A stretch of DNA of 64,000 nt from Vicinamibacteria bacterium (GCA_963579735.1 CAUZIB010000014.1:1552-65551), one strand, 5' to 3'. Shown: positions 37,366 to 48,705, counted from the first letter of the stretch. Translations and numbers: made by a program. The notes: generated by a model from the letters alone, not told the origin.

Positions 37366-40005
37366 ATGACTATGAAACAGTTGACAGAAAAAGCGCAGGA
37401 GGCGGTGTTGTCAGCACAGGAATCCGCGACGAATAGCGGTCATCCGCAGGTTGACGTAGAGCATCTTCTGGCGGCGTTGGTTGACCAAGCGGACGGCATT
37501 GTGCCCAGCGTGCTGCGCAAACTCACTGTTCCGCCCTCCGACGTCGCGACCGCGATTCGGCGGGAGTTCGACCGCCTGCCACGAGCGAGCGGTGGCGCCC
37601 GGCCCGGGATTTCTCCACGACTGAGTACGATACTCAGGCGCGGCAAAGCCGCAGCCGATCAGATGACCGACGAGTACACCAGTACGGAACATCTATTGGT
37701 GGCCATCGCGTCCGGGGACGAGGAGAGCCCGGCCACCCGCATCCTGGCCGAGCACGGCGTCACTCGGACACGAGTGCTCGAAGTACTGACGTCGATTCGC
37801 GGTTCGCAGCGTGTGACGACACAGACACCAGAGGGGACCTATCAAGCGCTGGAACAGTATGGGCGTGACCTGACCGACCTTGGTCGTCGCGGCACGCTTG
37901 ACCCGGTCATCGGGCGCGACGAGGAGATCCGTCGGGTCATCCAAGTTCTTTCGCGGCGAACAAAAAATAATCCGGTACTGATCGGCGAGCCCGGCGTCGG
38001 CAAGACCGCAATCGTCGAGGGGTTGGCCCTCCGGATCGTCCGTGGCGACGTGCCGGAAGGCCTGAAACAGAAACGCGTCGTGGCGCTCGATATGGGCGCG
38101 CTTATCGCTGGTGCCAAGTATCGCGGCGAGTTTGAAGAACGCCTCAAAGCCGTCCTGAGAGAAGTCACGGACTCGGCGGGGTTCGTCGTTCTTTTTATCG
38201 ACGAGCTTCACACGGTCGTAGGGGCGGGGGCCGCCGAGGGATCGGTTGATGCGTCAAACATGCTCAAACCCATGCTGGCTCGTGGCGAGCTACACCTCAT
38301 CGGCGCCACCACTCGTGACGAATATCGAAAATACATCGAGAAGGACGCCGCGCTGGAACGACGCTTTCAACCGGTCGTGGTGCCCGAGCCGAGTGTGGAG
38401 GACACGATCAGCATCCTCCGCGGACTCCGCGAACGCTATGAGGTCCATCACGGCGTCGCGTTCAAGGACGCGGCACTCGTCGCTGCGGCAGTCCTCGCTC
38501 ATCGGTATATCAGCGACCGTTTTCTTCCCGACAAGGCGATCGACTTGATCGACGAAGCCGCGGCAAAACTGCGCACGGAGATCGACTCTCTTCCCGTTGA
38601 GCTGGACGAGTCCCAGCGGCGCATAATGCAGCTCGAGATCGAACGAGAGGCCCTTCGCAAAGAGACGGACCGTGCCTCCAAGGACAGGCTGGTCATACTC
38701 GACAAGGAACTCGCCGACCGAAAAGAGTCACGAAATCAGCTGCGAGTGCAATGGGAACAAGAGAAAAGTGCCATCCAGGCCTCGAGCCGCGCCAAGGGAG
38801 AACTTGATGCGCTCCGGCATGAGATCGAGGAGGCGCAACGAGACGGCAACTACGCCCGGGCATCCGAGCTGCAGTACGGCCGACTGCCCCAGCTAGAGCA
38901 ACAGCTTGCCGCTCAGCTCGCCGCTCAGGAGTCGGACCCTGAGCAACCGTCCGACCGGCCACGTCAGACCCGCCTGCTCAAAGAACTCGTTGACGAGGAC
39001 GACATCGCGGACGTCGTCAGCAAGTGGACGCACATTCCAATCACAAAGCTTCTCGAAGGCGAAATCGAGAAACTCGTGCATATGGAAGAACGTCTCCAGC
39101 AACGGGTGGTCGGACAGGACGAGGCGGTCGTGTCGGTCGCCAATACGGTACGGCGAGCCAGAGCGGGTCTACAGGACCCGCATCGACCGCTGGGGAGCTT
39201 TATTTTCTTGGGCCCCACGGGGGTCGGCAAGACAGAGCTGGCGCGCGCGCTGGCAGAGTTTCTCTTTGACGACGAACAGGCGACGATACGCATCGATATG
39301 TCCGAATATCAGGAGAAGCACACGGTGTCACGTCTGCTTGGCGCGCCACCGGGATATGTCGGATACGACGAGGCCGGTCAGTTGACAGAGGCGGTCCGCC
39401 GCCGCCCCTACTCGGTAGTGCTTCTTGACGAGATCGAGAAAGCCCACCCGGACGTTCTCAACGTGATGTTGCAACTCTTGGACGATGGTCGCTTAACGGA
39501 CAGCAAGGGTCGGACGGTGGATTTCAAGAACACGGTTGTGATCATGACCTCCAATCTGGGCAGTCACTACATCGCTGAGCACCGCCCGGTCGATGGAAGG
39601 TCGGGAGATATTGACGACACGGTCCGTCGACAGGTGACAAACGCGCTCCAAGAGCACTTTCGACCCGAGTTCTTGAATCGAGTGGATGAGATCATCTTCT
39701 TCCACGCGTTGGGCCGCGGACACCTTGTTTCGATCGTCGAGATCCAGCTGGAACGCCTCCGTGACCGACTGCAGGAGCGCAAAATGACGCTCGCGCTGAC
39801 AGATAGCGCCAAGGCGGCGCTCATAGACGACGGGCTCGATCCCGCGTATGGCGCGCGGCCTCTCAAGCGAACGATTCAGCGGCGGGTGCTTGATCCCTTG
39901 GCGATGCGGATCCTACAAGGAGAGTTCAAAGACGGCGACCATGTTATGGCGGATATCGCGGAGGGTCACATCCGGTTCTCCAGCCGTGAGACCGTTTCTG
40001 CGTGA
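37366..40005 (+). CDS. clpB: ATP-dependent chaperone ClpB
   Basis: Clp N domain. Two Walker A sites ([16 protein letters not shown]). Long middle coiled coil. 879 aa. Confidence 0.95.
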   Translation: MTMKQLTEKAQEAVLSAQESATNSGHPQVDVEHLLAALVDQADGIVPSVLRKLTVPPSDVATAIRREFDRLPRASGGARPGISPRLSTILRRGKAAADQMTDEYTSTEHLLVAIASGDEESPATRILAEHGVTRTRVLEVLTSIRGSQRVTTQTPEGTYQALEQYGRDLTDLGRRGTLDPVIGRDEEIRRVIQVLSRRTKNNPVLIGEPGVGKTAIVEGLALRIVRGDVPEGLKQKRVVALDMGALIAGAKYRGEFEERLKAVLREVTDSAGFVVLFIDELHTVVGAGAAEGSVDASNMLKPMLARGELHLIGATTRDEYRKYIEKDAALERRFQPVVVPEPSVEDTISILRGLRERYEVHHGVAFKDAALVAAAVLAHRYISDRFLPDKAIDLIDEAAAKLRTEIDSLPVELDESQRRIMQLEIEREALRKETDRASKDRLVILDKELADRKESRNQLRVQWEQEKSAIQASSRAKGELDALRHEIEEAQRDGNYARASELQYGRLPQLEQQLAAQLAAQESDPEQPSDRPRQTRLLKELVDEDDIADVVSKWTHIPITKLLEGEIEKLVHMEERLQQRVVGQDEAVVSVANTVRRARAGLQDPHRPLGSFIFLGPTGVGKTELARALAEFLFDDEQATIRIDMSEYQEKHTVSRLLGAPPGYVGYDEAGQLTEAVRRRPYSVVLLDEIEKAHPDVLNVMLQLLDDGRLTDSKGRTVDFKNTVVIMTSNLGSHYIAEHRPVDGRSGDIDDTVRRQVTNALQEHFRPEFLNRVDEIIFFHALGRGHLVSIVEIQLERLRDRLQERKMTLALTDSAKAALIDDGLDPAYGARPLKRTIQRRVLDPLAMRILQGEFKDGDHVMADIAEGHIRFSSRETVSA

Positions 40006-40017
40006 GTCGTCACCCAT

Positions 40018-40041
40018 CACAACGTGGATCGCGTCGTTGTG
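40018..40041. terminator. Hairpin between convergent clpB and the CDGSH gene
   Basis: CACAACG-N10-CGTTGTG, 13 nt after the clpB stop. No T-tract. Confidence 0.35.
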
Positions 40042-40052
40042 GCCGCCCCGAG

Positions 40053-40256
40053 CTACTGACCGGAACGCTCCGCCGCCACAAAATTGGCAGCGTTGTGTGA
40101 GCCGTCGCAGAACGGCTTATTGGCGGACGCCCCGCAGCGGCAGAGGGCCATCGGTCGCCGTGCGATCGGAAACTCGGCGCCGGTCGCGTCACAGACGGTG
40201 ACGGTGTCGCCCTCTACGAGTAGCGGGCCGTGGTCGCGAACAATGATCTTTGTCAA
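40053..40256 (-). CDS. CDGSH iron-sulfur domain protein (67 aa)
   Basis: ALCRCGASANKPFCDGSH motif. TTG start 40256 preceded by GGAGA. The upstream part of the 178-aa ORF looks non-coding. Confidence 0.65.
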   Translation of the reverse strand: MTKIIVRDHGPLLVEGDTVTVCDATGAEFPIARRPMALCRCGASANKPFCDGSHNAANFVAAERSGQ

Positions 40257-40465
40257 GGTAAGTCTCCATGCCCAGGGTCTCGGTCCTGCCCTGAACGGGA
40301 TCCGGAGCGCGGCACCCGGCTGGCAAGGCGCGACGAGACACCTTTTTGAACGTATGTGACCACGGAGCAACACGGACAGACCGGCTGCCGCGCTCGAACA
40401 CGCTCGGGGGAAGACAGAGACGCGGCCGGAGCTCTCCCGAGAAAGGACGTCGCGGCGGTCCGAGA

Positions 40466-41926
40466 TCAACCCATCTTTTGCATCGATGCGAGAAAGTCCG
40501 CGTTCGATTTCGTCTTGCCCATCTTGTCGAGCAACAGCTCCATCGCCTCGACTGGCGACAGCGGATTCAGCACCTTTCTGAGCACCCACACCCGGTTCAG
40601 GTCGTCCCCGCTCAAAAGCAGCTCCTCTTTGCGCGTGCCGCTCTTCTGAATATCGATCGCCGGGAACACCCGTTTGTCCACCAGCTTTCGCTCGAGGTGG
40701 ATCTCCATGTTGCCGGTCCCCTTGAACTCCTCGAAAATGACGTCGTCCATCCTCGACCCGGTGTCGACCAGGGCGGTCGCCATGATCGTCAATGACCCGC
40801 CTTCCTCGATGTTCCGGGCGGCGCCAAAGAATCGTTTTGGTTTCTGCAACGCGTTCGAATCGAGCCCCCCGGAGAGCACTTTACCAGACGGCGGAATTAC
40901 CGTGTTGTAGGCCCGGGCCAGCCGCGTTACCGAGTCGAGCAAGATGACGACATCTTTCCGGTGCTCGACGAGACGCTTCGCCTTTTCGACGACCATCTCC
41001 GCGACTTGCACGTGTCGCTGCGCCGGCTCATCAAACGTCGAAGAGATAACCTCTCCATCGACCGACCGTTGCATGTCAGTGACTTCCTCCGGTCGCTCAT
41101 CGATAAGCAGCACGATGAGATAGACCTCGGGATGGTTCTTGACAATCGACTGCGCGATGTTCTGCAGCAACATCGTCTTGCCTGTCCGTGGCGCCGCGAC
41201 AATCAACCCGCGTTGCCCCTTGCCGATGGGAGTCATCAGATCCATGACCCTGGCGGACAAATTTGGGCCTGTGCTCTCGAGCGTAATGCGCTCTTGTGGA
41301 TAGAGCGGCGTTAGGTTCTCGAAGAAGATCTTGTCACGACCCTGCTCGGGCGCCTCGAAGTTGACGGCCTCGACTTTGATCAGCGCGAAATAGCGTTCCC
41401 CCTCTTTCGGTGGACGGATTTGGCCCGACACCGTATCCCCCGTCTGCAAATCAAACTTACGGATTTGCGACGGTGAGACGTAAATGTCGTCAGGCCCCGG
41501 CAGATAGTTGTAGTCAGGGGCTCGTAGGAAACCAAATCCGTCCGGCAGTACCTCGAGAACGCCCTCGGAGAAGATAAACCCGCTTTGTTCCGTTTGCGCT
41601 TTGAGGATCTGAAAGATCAGCTCCTGCTGGCGCATGCCGCCCGCTCCCGGCACGGCCAAATCTTTCGCGACCTGGGTCAACTTTGCGATGCTCATCTCCT
41701 TGAGTTCGCTGATGTTGAGTCCTGAGTCGCCTCGGCGACCACCCTGTCGGCCGCCTGACTTTTGCTGTGTTGACTTTGGGGCCGGTGACTTCGGTGGCGG
41801 TGACTTCGGTGGCGATGGCTTTGGGGGCTCTTTAACGACCACGGGCGCCGTCGCAGTGGCAGTGGTGGCTGGAGCTTCGGCGCGGGTCGCAGTTGTCCGT
41901 GGCGGACGTTTCTGGTTGCTTGGCAT
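40466..41926 (-). CDS. rho: Transcription termination factor Rho with Pro/Lys/Ser-rich N-terminal extension
   Basis: [21 protein letters not shown] (N-terminal helix bundle). Walker [24 protein letters not shown]. Start placed at ATG 41926. Confidence 0.95.
   Translation of the reverse strand: MPSNQKRPPRTTATRAEAPATTATATAPVVVKEPPKPSPPKSPPPKSPAPKSTQQKSGGRQGGRRGDSGLNISELKEMSIAKLTQVAKDLAVPGAGGMRQQELIFQILKAQTEQSGFIFSEGVLEVLPDGFGFLRAPDYNYLPGPDDIYVSPSQIRKFDLQTGDTVSGQIRPPKEGERYFALIKVEAVNFEAPEQGRDKIFFENLTPLYPQERITLESTGPNLSARVMDLMTPIGKGQRGLIVAAPRTGKTMLLQNIAQSIVKNHPEVYLIVLLIDERPEEVTDMQRSVDGEVISSTFDEPAQRHVQVAEMVVEKAKRLVEHRKDVVILLDSVTRLARAYNTVIPPSGKVLSGGLDSNALQKPKRFFGAARNIEEGGSLTIMATALVDTGSRMDDVIFEEFKGTGNMEIHLERKLVDKRVFPAIDIQKSGTRKEELLLSGDDLNRVWVLRKVLNPLSPVEAMELLLDKMGKTKSNADFLASMQKMG
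41769..41813. repeat. 15-nt tandem repeat inside the rho N-terminal extension
   Basis: GGTGACTTCGGTGGC occurs as two perfect copies (41784-41813), preceded by an 11/15 copy. Encodes [14 protein letters not shown] on the minus strand. Confidence 0.6.
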
Positions 41927-42107
41927 AAGGGATGAGTTGTGAAAGCCTTGCGGCGAGAATACGCGGGAACGTCGGCCCGCTGAATGCGTGAATAGAGCGA
42001 TACGAAACGTTTTTTTGGGGAACTTGTTTGGTGCTGTCGAGCTATGAACCTTCGAGGGTTTCAGTTCACGGCTAACAATTTGAGTATATGACTGCCGAAT
42101 CCGTGTG

Positions 42108-42464
42108 TCAACCGCTAGCGAGCGCCACCAAACTGCACGCCACGATGGGGTCGATACCGAGCGCACGGGCGCGCTGGACCACCGCCGGCGTGTCTGTGCC
42201 GGGATTCAACCACACTTCGCGGATTCCTCGCTTCGCCACATCGTCGAGAACGGTCAGACTTACGGTCGGGGTTACATATAAGGAGACCACGTCCACGTCG
42301 TCCGGTATATCGACGATCGAGGGATACACTCGCAGCCCCTCGATTTCCGTCTCGTGAGGATTGACGGGTATTACGCGATACCCTTCCGCGACATACCCGC
42401 GTACCGCTTTGTTTCCGAATTTACGCCGGTCGTTCGACGCGCCGATTACGGCAACCGTTTTCAT
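42108..42464 (-). CDS. CoA-binding domain protein (YccU-like)
   Basis: [22 protein letters not shown]...GYRVIPVNP. Start placed at ATG 42464. Confidence 0.75.
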   Translation of the reverse strand: MKTVAVIGASNDRRKFGNKAVRGYVAEGYRVIPVNPHETEIEGLRVYPSIVDIPDDVDVVSLYVTPTVSLTVLDDVAKRGIREVWLNPGTDTPAVVQRARALGIDPIVACSLVALASG

Positions 42465-42720
42465 AGGAAAGAGCAGATCAGCAAACGAGCAACGACGACA
42501 GTATAGATCGAGCGTTGGATGTGACCTCCGAGTCCCGAGATGCAGTAGTTCCCGTAATAATCCGGTAACGCATTCGGGCGTGGCGCTGCGGGTCGCCTGC
42601 GCGCGAGAGGAAACATACCGCGAGTCTGGGATTGACGAGTCTGTCACCCGGGGCTCGTTGTGTCTAAACTCTCTTCAGCGGCTCCTCGTGAACTGTTCTT
42701 GGACAATATTTTCGGATGTG

Positions 42721-44172
42721 ATGACAGCCCGGCTCGAGCCTCTACCGGTTGGTTTTCTCGACGCTGTGACCGCGGTCGTCGGAGCGGCGCAGATCCGCAC
42801 CGATGACGCGTCGCGCCAGAGCTATGGTGTCGATGCGCTCGGTCTGGTTCGAGGTATACCGGCCACCGCGATTGTGTTTCCAGGTTCAACCGCAGAGGTC
42901 TCCGCCGTGACCCGCCTTTGTCACGAGCATCATGTCCCCGTCACACCTCGCGGCGCTGGCACCGGCTACACCGGGGGTGCCGTGCCGACTCACGGCGGCG
43001 TGGTTCTCTCGCTCGAGCGACTTAACCGAATACTCGCCATCGACCCGCCAAATCTATTGGCGGTGGTTGAGCCGCATGTCGTGACCGCTGTACTCCAAGA
43101 GGCAGTGGAACGCCGCGGTCTGTTTTATCCGCCGGACCCCGCGAGCTCGCGGCGGTCGGTGATCGGAGGAAACGTCGCCGAGTGCGCCGGAGGCCCGCGC
43201 GCCTTCAAGTACGGTACAACCAAACGTTATGTGCTGGGCCTCGAAGCCGTCTTGCCCACCGGCGAGGTCATCAAGACTGGTGGTCGCACGGTCAAAAACG
43301 TCGTCGGTTACGATCTCACCCAACTGCTCGTCGGATCCGAAGGTACGCTGGCCATCGTCACCAAGATCACCCTTCGGCTAATTCCGCTTCCGCCCGCTCG
43401 GACGACCGTTCGAGCGCTGTTTTCATCGGTTCGCGCCGCCACAGAGGCGGTCGGTCGTCTTGTCTCGGACCGCGTGGTACCAGCGGCGCTCGAACTCATC
43501 GACAAAGAATGTGTCGAGGCCGTTCGACGCCTCTACGACGAACCCTCGGCCGTCGAGAACGGCCCTGCCCGTCAACACCTTGACATTCCTCCAGATACCG
43601 GCGCGATGCTCTTAGTGGAGGTCGACGGCTTCGAGACCTCCGTGAAGGAGGAGTCCGCCAGAGTGACACGCGCCTGTTCTGCCGCCGGGGCAACAGATGT
43701 GCGAACGGCGCTGACCGGCGAAGAACGTGACCGACTCTGGGAGGCACGGCGCGGTCTCTCGCTGGCCTTGCGCTCGCTCGCGCCCCGCAAAATCAACCAC
43801 GACGTGGTTGTGCCAACCGCGGCCATCCCACAGCTCTTTGAGGCAATCTCAGAAATTCGGGCTACCGCACAACTGCCCATGCCGAGCTTTGGTCATGTCG
43901 GTGACGGGAACATCCACGTCAACATCCTCGTGGACCCGGCCGACACCGACGCGATGGAGCGAGCCGCGGCGGCAGAGCGCGCGCTCTTTGAACGTGTGGT
44001 CGCGCTCGGCGGATCGCTCAGCGGTGAACACGGCATCGGTTTCTCGAAAGCCCGTTTTCTCCACCTCGAGCTGTCCGCTTCCACCATCGCGCTGATGCGA
44101 AGACTCAAGCAGGCGTTTGATCCGCACGGTGTCTTGAACCCCGGAAAGATCTTTCCCGACGAAGAGGCGTAG
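42721..44172 (+). CDS. FAD-linked oxidase (GlcD-like glycolate/D-lactate dehydrogenase family)
   Basis: PCMH FAD-binding region VTPRGAGTGYTGGAVP. C-terminal GGSLSGEHGIG. Start placed at ATG 42721. Confidence 0.85.
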   Translation: MTARLEPLPVGFLDAVTAVVGAAQIRTDDASRQSYGVDALGLVRGIPATAIVFPGSTAEVSAVTRLCHEHHVPVTPRGAGTGYTGGAVPTHGGVVLSLERLNRILAIDPPNLLAVVEPHVVTAVLQEAVERRGLFYPPDPASSRRSVIGGNVAECAGGPRAFKYGTTKRYVLGLEAVLPTGEVIKTGGRTVKNVVGYDLTQLLVGSEGTLAIVTKITLRLIPLPPARTTVRALFSSVRAATEAVGRLVSDRVVPAALELIDKECVEAVRRLYDEPSAVENGPARQHLDIPPDTGAMLLVEVDGFETSVKEESARVTRACSAAGATDVRTALTGEERDRLWEARRGLSLALRSLAPRKINHDVVVPTAAIPQLFEAISEIRATAQLPMPSFGHVGDGNIHVNILVDPADTDAMERAAAAERALFERVVALGGSLSGEHGIGFSKARFLHLELSASTIALMRRLKQAFDPHGVLNPGKIFPDEEA

Positions 44173-44200
44173 GACACGTGCCACCGAACGCGGACTCTTC

Positions 44201-44243
44201 GCGGCGATTTCGACTGGTGGAGTTTGCTAGTCGAAATCGCCGC
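44201..44243. terminator. Perfect 14-bp-stem hairpin at a convergent gene junction
   Basis: GCGGCGATTTCGAC-N15-GTCGAAATCGCCGC. The right arm covers the last codons of the aminotransferase gene, and that gene's stop codon sits at the 3' end of the loop. Confidence 0.55.
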
Positions 44244-45468
44244 GCTCCAATCGGCGGACGAATGCGAGTAGCCGATCGATTCCCTCGCGTAGGCGGTCGC
44301 GCGAGGCGGCGTATGACATCCGCAGAAACCCCGGGGCGTCAAACGCTTCACCCGGGGTCACCGCGACGTGACCATGCGCGAGCAGCGCGGTCGCGAAGTC
44401 AGCAGAAGTGCGGATCGTATCTGGAGACAGAAACGCAGAGATGTCGGGAAACAGATAAAACGCACCAGCCGGACAGGTGCACTGCACTCTGGGCTCGGCA
44501 CCGAGCCACTCGAGCACGGCGTCTCGCCGCCCCCTATATTCCTCGCGCATTTCCCGCACGCAACCGTGAGAGCCGTTCAACGCAGCAACCCCCGCTCGCT
44601 GGGTGATTGAAGAGACGTTTGAGGTGCAATGACTCTGGATGCTATTGCAGGCGGCGATGAGCGGGGCTGGTCCAACCGCCCACCCGCATCGCCACCCGGT
44701 CATGGCATAGCTCTTTGACAAACTTCCCACGACGACCCCGTGATTCGGGGCCGCATCCTGTAGCACGCGGGGCAAATTGTGCGAGACGTCATCATAAATG
44801 AGCTGTTCGTAGCACAGATCAATGACGACCCAGATGCTCTTCGCCGCTGCCTCTCGCGCCACGATCTCGAGGTCTGTCTCGTCGATGAGCCCGCCGGTGG
44901 GGTTTCCGGGAGAGTTGATCACGATCGCCGTCGTTCTGGGGGTCACTGCGTCAAGCAGCGTCCGAGCATGGACACGAAACCCGTCCTCGGGGTGGGTGCG
45001 GACCACGACGGGCGTCGCATCCGCGAGCAATACTTGATCGGTAATCGTGGGCCATCCCGGGGCGTGAGTCACGACCTCGTCGCCCGGACTCAGGACCGCC
45101 ATCGCGACGTTGTAGAGCGCCTGCTTGCCACCCGCACTGACGATCGTGTTCGCGGGATCGAAGCGCACGTCATAGGCGTCGGAATAGCGCTGGCAAATGG
45201 CCGCCTTGAGTTCGGGGATCCCGGCGTTTGGCGTGTATTTGGTGAAGTTCTGCTCGATCGCAGCCACACCCGCTTGCTTGATGTGGGCAGGGGTCGGAAA
45301 GTCCGGTTCGCCGGCCCCGAGATCGACCACGTCGATCCCCGCCCGCTTCATACGGTCGGCCTCCTGGGCGACGCGTTGCGTCGCAGATGCGCCGACGCGG
45401 CGACTCCGCGTTGAAAACCGCGGCGTGAGCGCCGCGGTCTCGCCGGCGTTTAAAGAGGGCACAGTCAT
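44227..45468 (-). CDS. Class I pyridoxal-phosphate aminotransferase (aspartate aminotransferase-like)
   Basis: GEPDFPTP. NSPGNPTG. PLP-lysine context SLSKSYAMTGWRCGW. RMSYA. Confidence 0.9.
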   Translation of the reverse strand: MTVPSLNAGETAALTPRFSTRSRRVGASATQRVAQEADRMKRAGIDVVDLGAGEPDFPTPAHIKQAGVAAIEQNFTKYTPNAGIPELKAAICQRYSDAYDVRFDPANTIVSAGGKQALYNVAMAVLSPGDEVVTHAPGWPTITDQVLLADATPVVVRTHPEDGFRVHARTLLDAVTPRTTAIVINSPGNPTGGLIDETDLEIVAREAAAKSIWVVIDLCYEQLIYDDVSHNLPRVLQDAAPNHGVVVGSLSKSYAMTGWRCGWAVGPAPLIAACNSIQSHCTSNVSSITQRAGVAALNGSHGCVREMREEYRGRRDAVLEWLGAEPRVQCTCPAGAFYLFPDISAFLSPDTIRTSADFATALLAHGHVAVTPGEAFDAPGFLRMSYAASRDRLREGIDRLLAFVRRLERGDFD

Positions 45469-45989
45469 GGTTTCGGGCCACCAGCCCGCGCCGCCGCAGC
45501 GCGTGTTTTCGCCCGTAACTGGGTCCCGACAAACGTGGGTACCAAACCGTCGACAGAGCCTCCCAGAGCAGCGATTTCCTTCACGAGGTGCGAGCTGACA
45601 TACGTATACGCCTCGGCTGGCATCATGAAGACCGTTTCGATGTTGACGTCGAGTCGGCGATTCATCAACGCCATCTGCATCTCGTATTCGAAGTCCGAGA
45701 TCGCACGCAACCCACGGACAATCGCGTTGGCGCCACGATGTTTCACATAATCGACCAGGAGTCCCTGAAACGTGTCGATCTCGACATTTGGCCGATCGCG
45801 AAACACCTCTCGTGCGATGGTCACCCGCTCTTCAGCGGAGAACATTGGAGATTTCTTGCGATTGACGAGCACCGCCACGACGATGTGGTCAAAGAGTTTG
45901 GCCCCACGATGAATGATATCGACGTGGCCATTCGTCAGCGGGTCAAACGACCCGGGGTACACCGCTACACAGGGTTTTCGGGGCGGCAC
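45465..45989 (-). CDS. coaD: Pantetheine-phosphate adenylyltransferase
   Basis: VAVYPGSFDPLTNGHVDII. ATGA overlap with the downstream aminotransferase start. Confidence 0.9.
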   Translation of the reverse strand: MPPRKPCVAVYPGSFDPLTNGHVDIIHRGAKLFDHIVVAVLVNRKKSPMFSAEERVTIAREVFRDRPNVEIDTFQGLLVDYVKHRGANAIVRGLRAISDFEYEMQMALMNRRLDVNIETVFMMPAEAYTYVSSHLVKEIAALGGSVDGLVPTFVGTQLRAKTRAAAARAGGPKP

Positions 45990-46579
45990 AGCGAAACCTC
46001 GTCACCGTCTGTCTCTTTGGCAACCGATGATCTTGTATTGCGAGACCGTAGAAAAAAATCCAACGCACTTTCTCCCGACGTCACTGTCTTCACGGCCTCG
46101 AGACCGAGCGGGACAAACTGCGGCCGCCGGATGCTTCGCTCGAACACAAGGAGCCCGTCAGCCTTCAGACGGGCGGCGACCGCCGACAATATCACATCGA
46201 TTCCGTGATCATCATAGGGCGGGTCGAGTAGCACAAGGTCAAATGGCGTCACCATCGCGGGCAGGGCGACGGCGGCCGGGAGGGCGGCCGTCACCACGGT
46301 GCCATGCGAGCTAGCGCCGCAGTGCGCAAGGTTTTTGGTAATCAAGCTGGTCGCCCGCTTGTCGTCGTCGACAAAGATGACATGCGCCGCGCCGCGGCTA
46401 ATGGCTTCGAGCCCGACCGCTCCCGTGCCGGCGCAGGCGTCAAGGACCCGTGCATCGTGCGGGCGGTCGCCGAGTATATTGAACAAGGTTTCCCGGAGCC
46501 GATCCGAGGTCGGGCGTAGTCCGTCCCAGCGTGGAGACCCGAGCCGCCGCCCTTTGAGTCGACCCGCAACGATTCTCAT
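45965..46579 (-). CDS. rsmD: 16S rRNA (guanine966-N2)-methyltransferase RsmD
   Basis: MRIVAGRLKGRRL...RPTSDRLRETLFNIL, DACAGTGAVGLEAISRGA, LLDPPY. Confidence 0.85.
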   Translation of the reverse strand: MRIVAGRLKGRRLGSPRWDGLRPTSDRLRETLFNILGDRPHDARVLDACAGTGAVGLEAISRGAAHVIFVDDDKRATSLITKNLAHCGASSHGTVVTAALPAAVALPAMVTPFDLVLLDPPYDDHGIDVILSAVAARLKADGLLVFERSIRRPQFVPLGLEAVKTVTSGESALDFFLRSRNTRSSVAKETDGDEVSLCRPENPV

Positions 46580-46584
46580 GCAGC

Positions 46585-48705
46585 CTAGCCCACTCCAACG
46601 AGTCCGAAGCGGTTCGGCCACGTCGCTCGTATTTTCTCGATGGCGGCATCGGTGGCGCTTCCCCCGGCCAGCCAGGCCAACGCAGCGCGACGCGCATCTA
46701 CCATGATGGCGTGATCACGGACGAGCTGGCCCACGCGAAGCTCCGGCAGGCCGGATTGCCGTGTGCCAAAGAAGTCGCCAGGCCCACGCAGCTCGAGGTC
46801 CCGCTCGGCCAAAACGAATCCATCGGTCGTACTCGCGATCGCGTCTAGCCGGGCTCGGGCAATATCAGACAGTGGGTCCCGGTAGAGCAACAGGCAACAT
46901 GACTCATGTCGCCCCCGCCCCACCCGCCCGCGCAACTGATGAAGTTGGGCGAGACCGAACCGTTCCGCGTGCTCAACCACCATGACCGATGCGTTCGGTA
47001 CATCGACCCCCACCTCGACCACGGTCGTGGCGACCAGCACGTCCACCCGCCCGGCGACAAACGCGTGCATTATGGCGTCACGCTCAGCGGGTTTCAGCCG
47101 ACCGTGCACGAGCGCGACGCGGTGATCACCAAACGGGTGAACCGCGAGCTGCTTGGCCATCTCTGTGGCGGCCTTGAGGTCGACCTTCTCAGACTCCTCG
47201 ACCAGGGGATAGACGATATAGGCCTGACGCCCTTTCACCACGTCTCTCAGCACACACCGATGCACCTCGTCTCGACCGGCGTCGCGAGTCACTCTGGTTG
47301 TTACCGGTTGCCGCCCGGGGGGTAACTCGCGAATGACTGACGTATCGAGGTCGCCATACGCGGTCATCGCAAGGGTCCGCGGAATCGGCGTCGCCGTCAT
47401 GACGAGAACATCCGGATCTTGCCCCCGCGCTCTTCCTTTTTCCCGCAGGGTTTCGCGTTGCACCACTCCAAACCGGTGCTGTTCGTCAATAATGATGAGT
47501 TGAAGGGCCTTGAAAGCAACCGCCGCCTGCACCAAAGCATGCGTCCCCACGACCAGCCGCGCCCGTCCGGTGGCCAACGCGTCGGCAACGTCTCGACGTT
47601 CTGCGGCCCCAAGCCGGCCCGTCAGCAACACCGGTGTAAAGCGAGACGGCTCGAGGAGGGTGGACAACGTCACGAAATGCTGCTCTGCCAACAGTTCCGT
47701 CGGCGACATCACGGCAACTTGCAACCCGTTCTCCATGACAACCAGCGCCGCGAGCAACGCGACGATGGTCTTGCCCGAGCCAACGTCTCCCTGCAGTAAC
47801 CGGTTCATTGACCGGCTACTGCACAGATCATCGACGATCTCTTTGAGTGCGTGTTTCTGCGACCCCGTGAGCCGAAAGGGAAGGATCTCGAGGGCCACCC
47901 GTCGAATCCTGTCGTCCACGCGTATCGTGCACGGCTTCTGTCTCGCATTCGTCTCTCGACGCTTGACCGCCAGACCCAGTTGAAACGTAAAGAACTCCTC
48001 AAAGATAAGACGCCGCTGGGCGGGTGTCCGGAACTGATTCAACTTTTCGATCGAGCTGCCCCGTGGGGGGAAATGGCTGTCGATCAGCGCAGTTCGTCGG
48101 TCTGGGAGTCCGGCCTCCGCCAAGAGAGACGATGGGAGCGGCTCGTCAAGCAGTGCAGGGATTCGTCCCAGCGCGGCATGCAGAATGCGCCGCATCATCT
48201 TTGAGGTGACCGACCCTACGCGTTCGTAGACGGGGACGAGGCGACCGGTGTGAATCGATTCCGATTCGTCATGACTGCCCGCGTCTTGCCCAACGAGCTC
48301 GTATTGGGGGTTTGTCAGTTGGAGCGCGCCGGAAGGACCTCGGTCTACGGTGCCATACAGCACGACGCGCCGGTGCACCGCCAACACCTCTTTGAGAAAC
48401 GACTGGTTGAAGAAAACGGCGCGGATCTGCCCGGACTGGTCTCGCAGGAGCAGCTCGAAGATCGAGAGGCCTCGACGCCGCGTTGGTCGTACACCGGAGC
48501 TCAAGACCTCTCCCGCGACGGAGATCGTCTCTCCCGGCTGTACTCCGCCGATTGGCTGAAAGCGTGACCGGTCCTCGTAGCGGACTGGCAGTCGCAGCAG
48601 CAGGTCCTCGAGCTCTTCCAGCCCGGCTGCTTTTAGCTCGCTGGCCCGCCGCGGACCGATGCCCTTGATGAACTGCAGCGGCGTATGGAGTGTGTCGGCT
48701 GACAT
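46585..48705 (-). CDS. recG: ATP-dependent DNA helicase RecG
   Basis: Wedge domain. Helicase motifs GDVGSGKT, DEQHRFG and QLHQLRGRVGRG. Confidence 0.95.
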   Translation of the reverse strand: MSADTLHTPLQFIKGIGPRRASELKAAGLEELEDLLLRLPVRYEDRSRFQPIGGVQPGETISVAGEVLSSGVRPTRRRGLSIFELLLRDQSGQIRAVFFNQSFLKEVLAVHRRVVLYGTVDRGPSGALQLTNPQYELVGQDAGSHDESESIHTGRLVPVYERVGSVTSKMMRRILHAALGRIPALLDEPLPSSLLAEAGLPDRRTALIDSHFPPRGSSIEKLNQFRTPAQRRLIFEEFFTFQLGLAVKRRETNARQKPCTIRVDDRIRRVALEILPFRLTGSQKHALKEIVDDLCSSRSMNRLLQGDVGSGKTIVALLAALVVMENGLQVAVMSPTELLAEQHFVTLSTLLEPSRFTPVLLTGRLGAAERRDVADALATGRARLVVGTHALVQAAVAFKALQLIIIDEQHRFGVVQRETLREKGRARGQDPDVLVMTATPIPRTLAMTAYGDLDTSVIRELPPGRQPVTTRVTRDAGRDEVHRCVLRDVVKGRQAYIVYPLVEESEKVDLKAATEMAKQLAVHPFGDHRVALVHGRLKPAERDAIMHAFVAGRVDVLVATTVVEVGVDVPNASVMVVEHAERFGLAQLHQLRGRVGRGRHESCCLLLYRDPLSDIARARLDAIASTTDGFVLAERDLELRGPGDFFGTRQSGLPELRVGQLVRDHAIMVDARRAALAWLAGGSATDAAIEKIRATWPNRFGLVGVG

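Noticed and set aside
41769-41813. Tandem 15-mers considered as a CRISPR-like or minisatellite array
   Set aside because: Only 2-3 units with no spacers, lying inside the rho coding sequence. It is simply a coding tandem repeat.
41927-42166. Upstream extension of the rho ORF to 42166
   Set aside because: It overlaps the CoA-binding protein gene, and the extension has no Rho-like sequence. ATG 41926 gives a coherent N-terminus.
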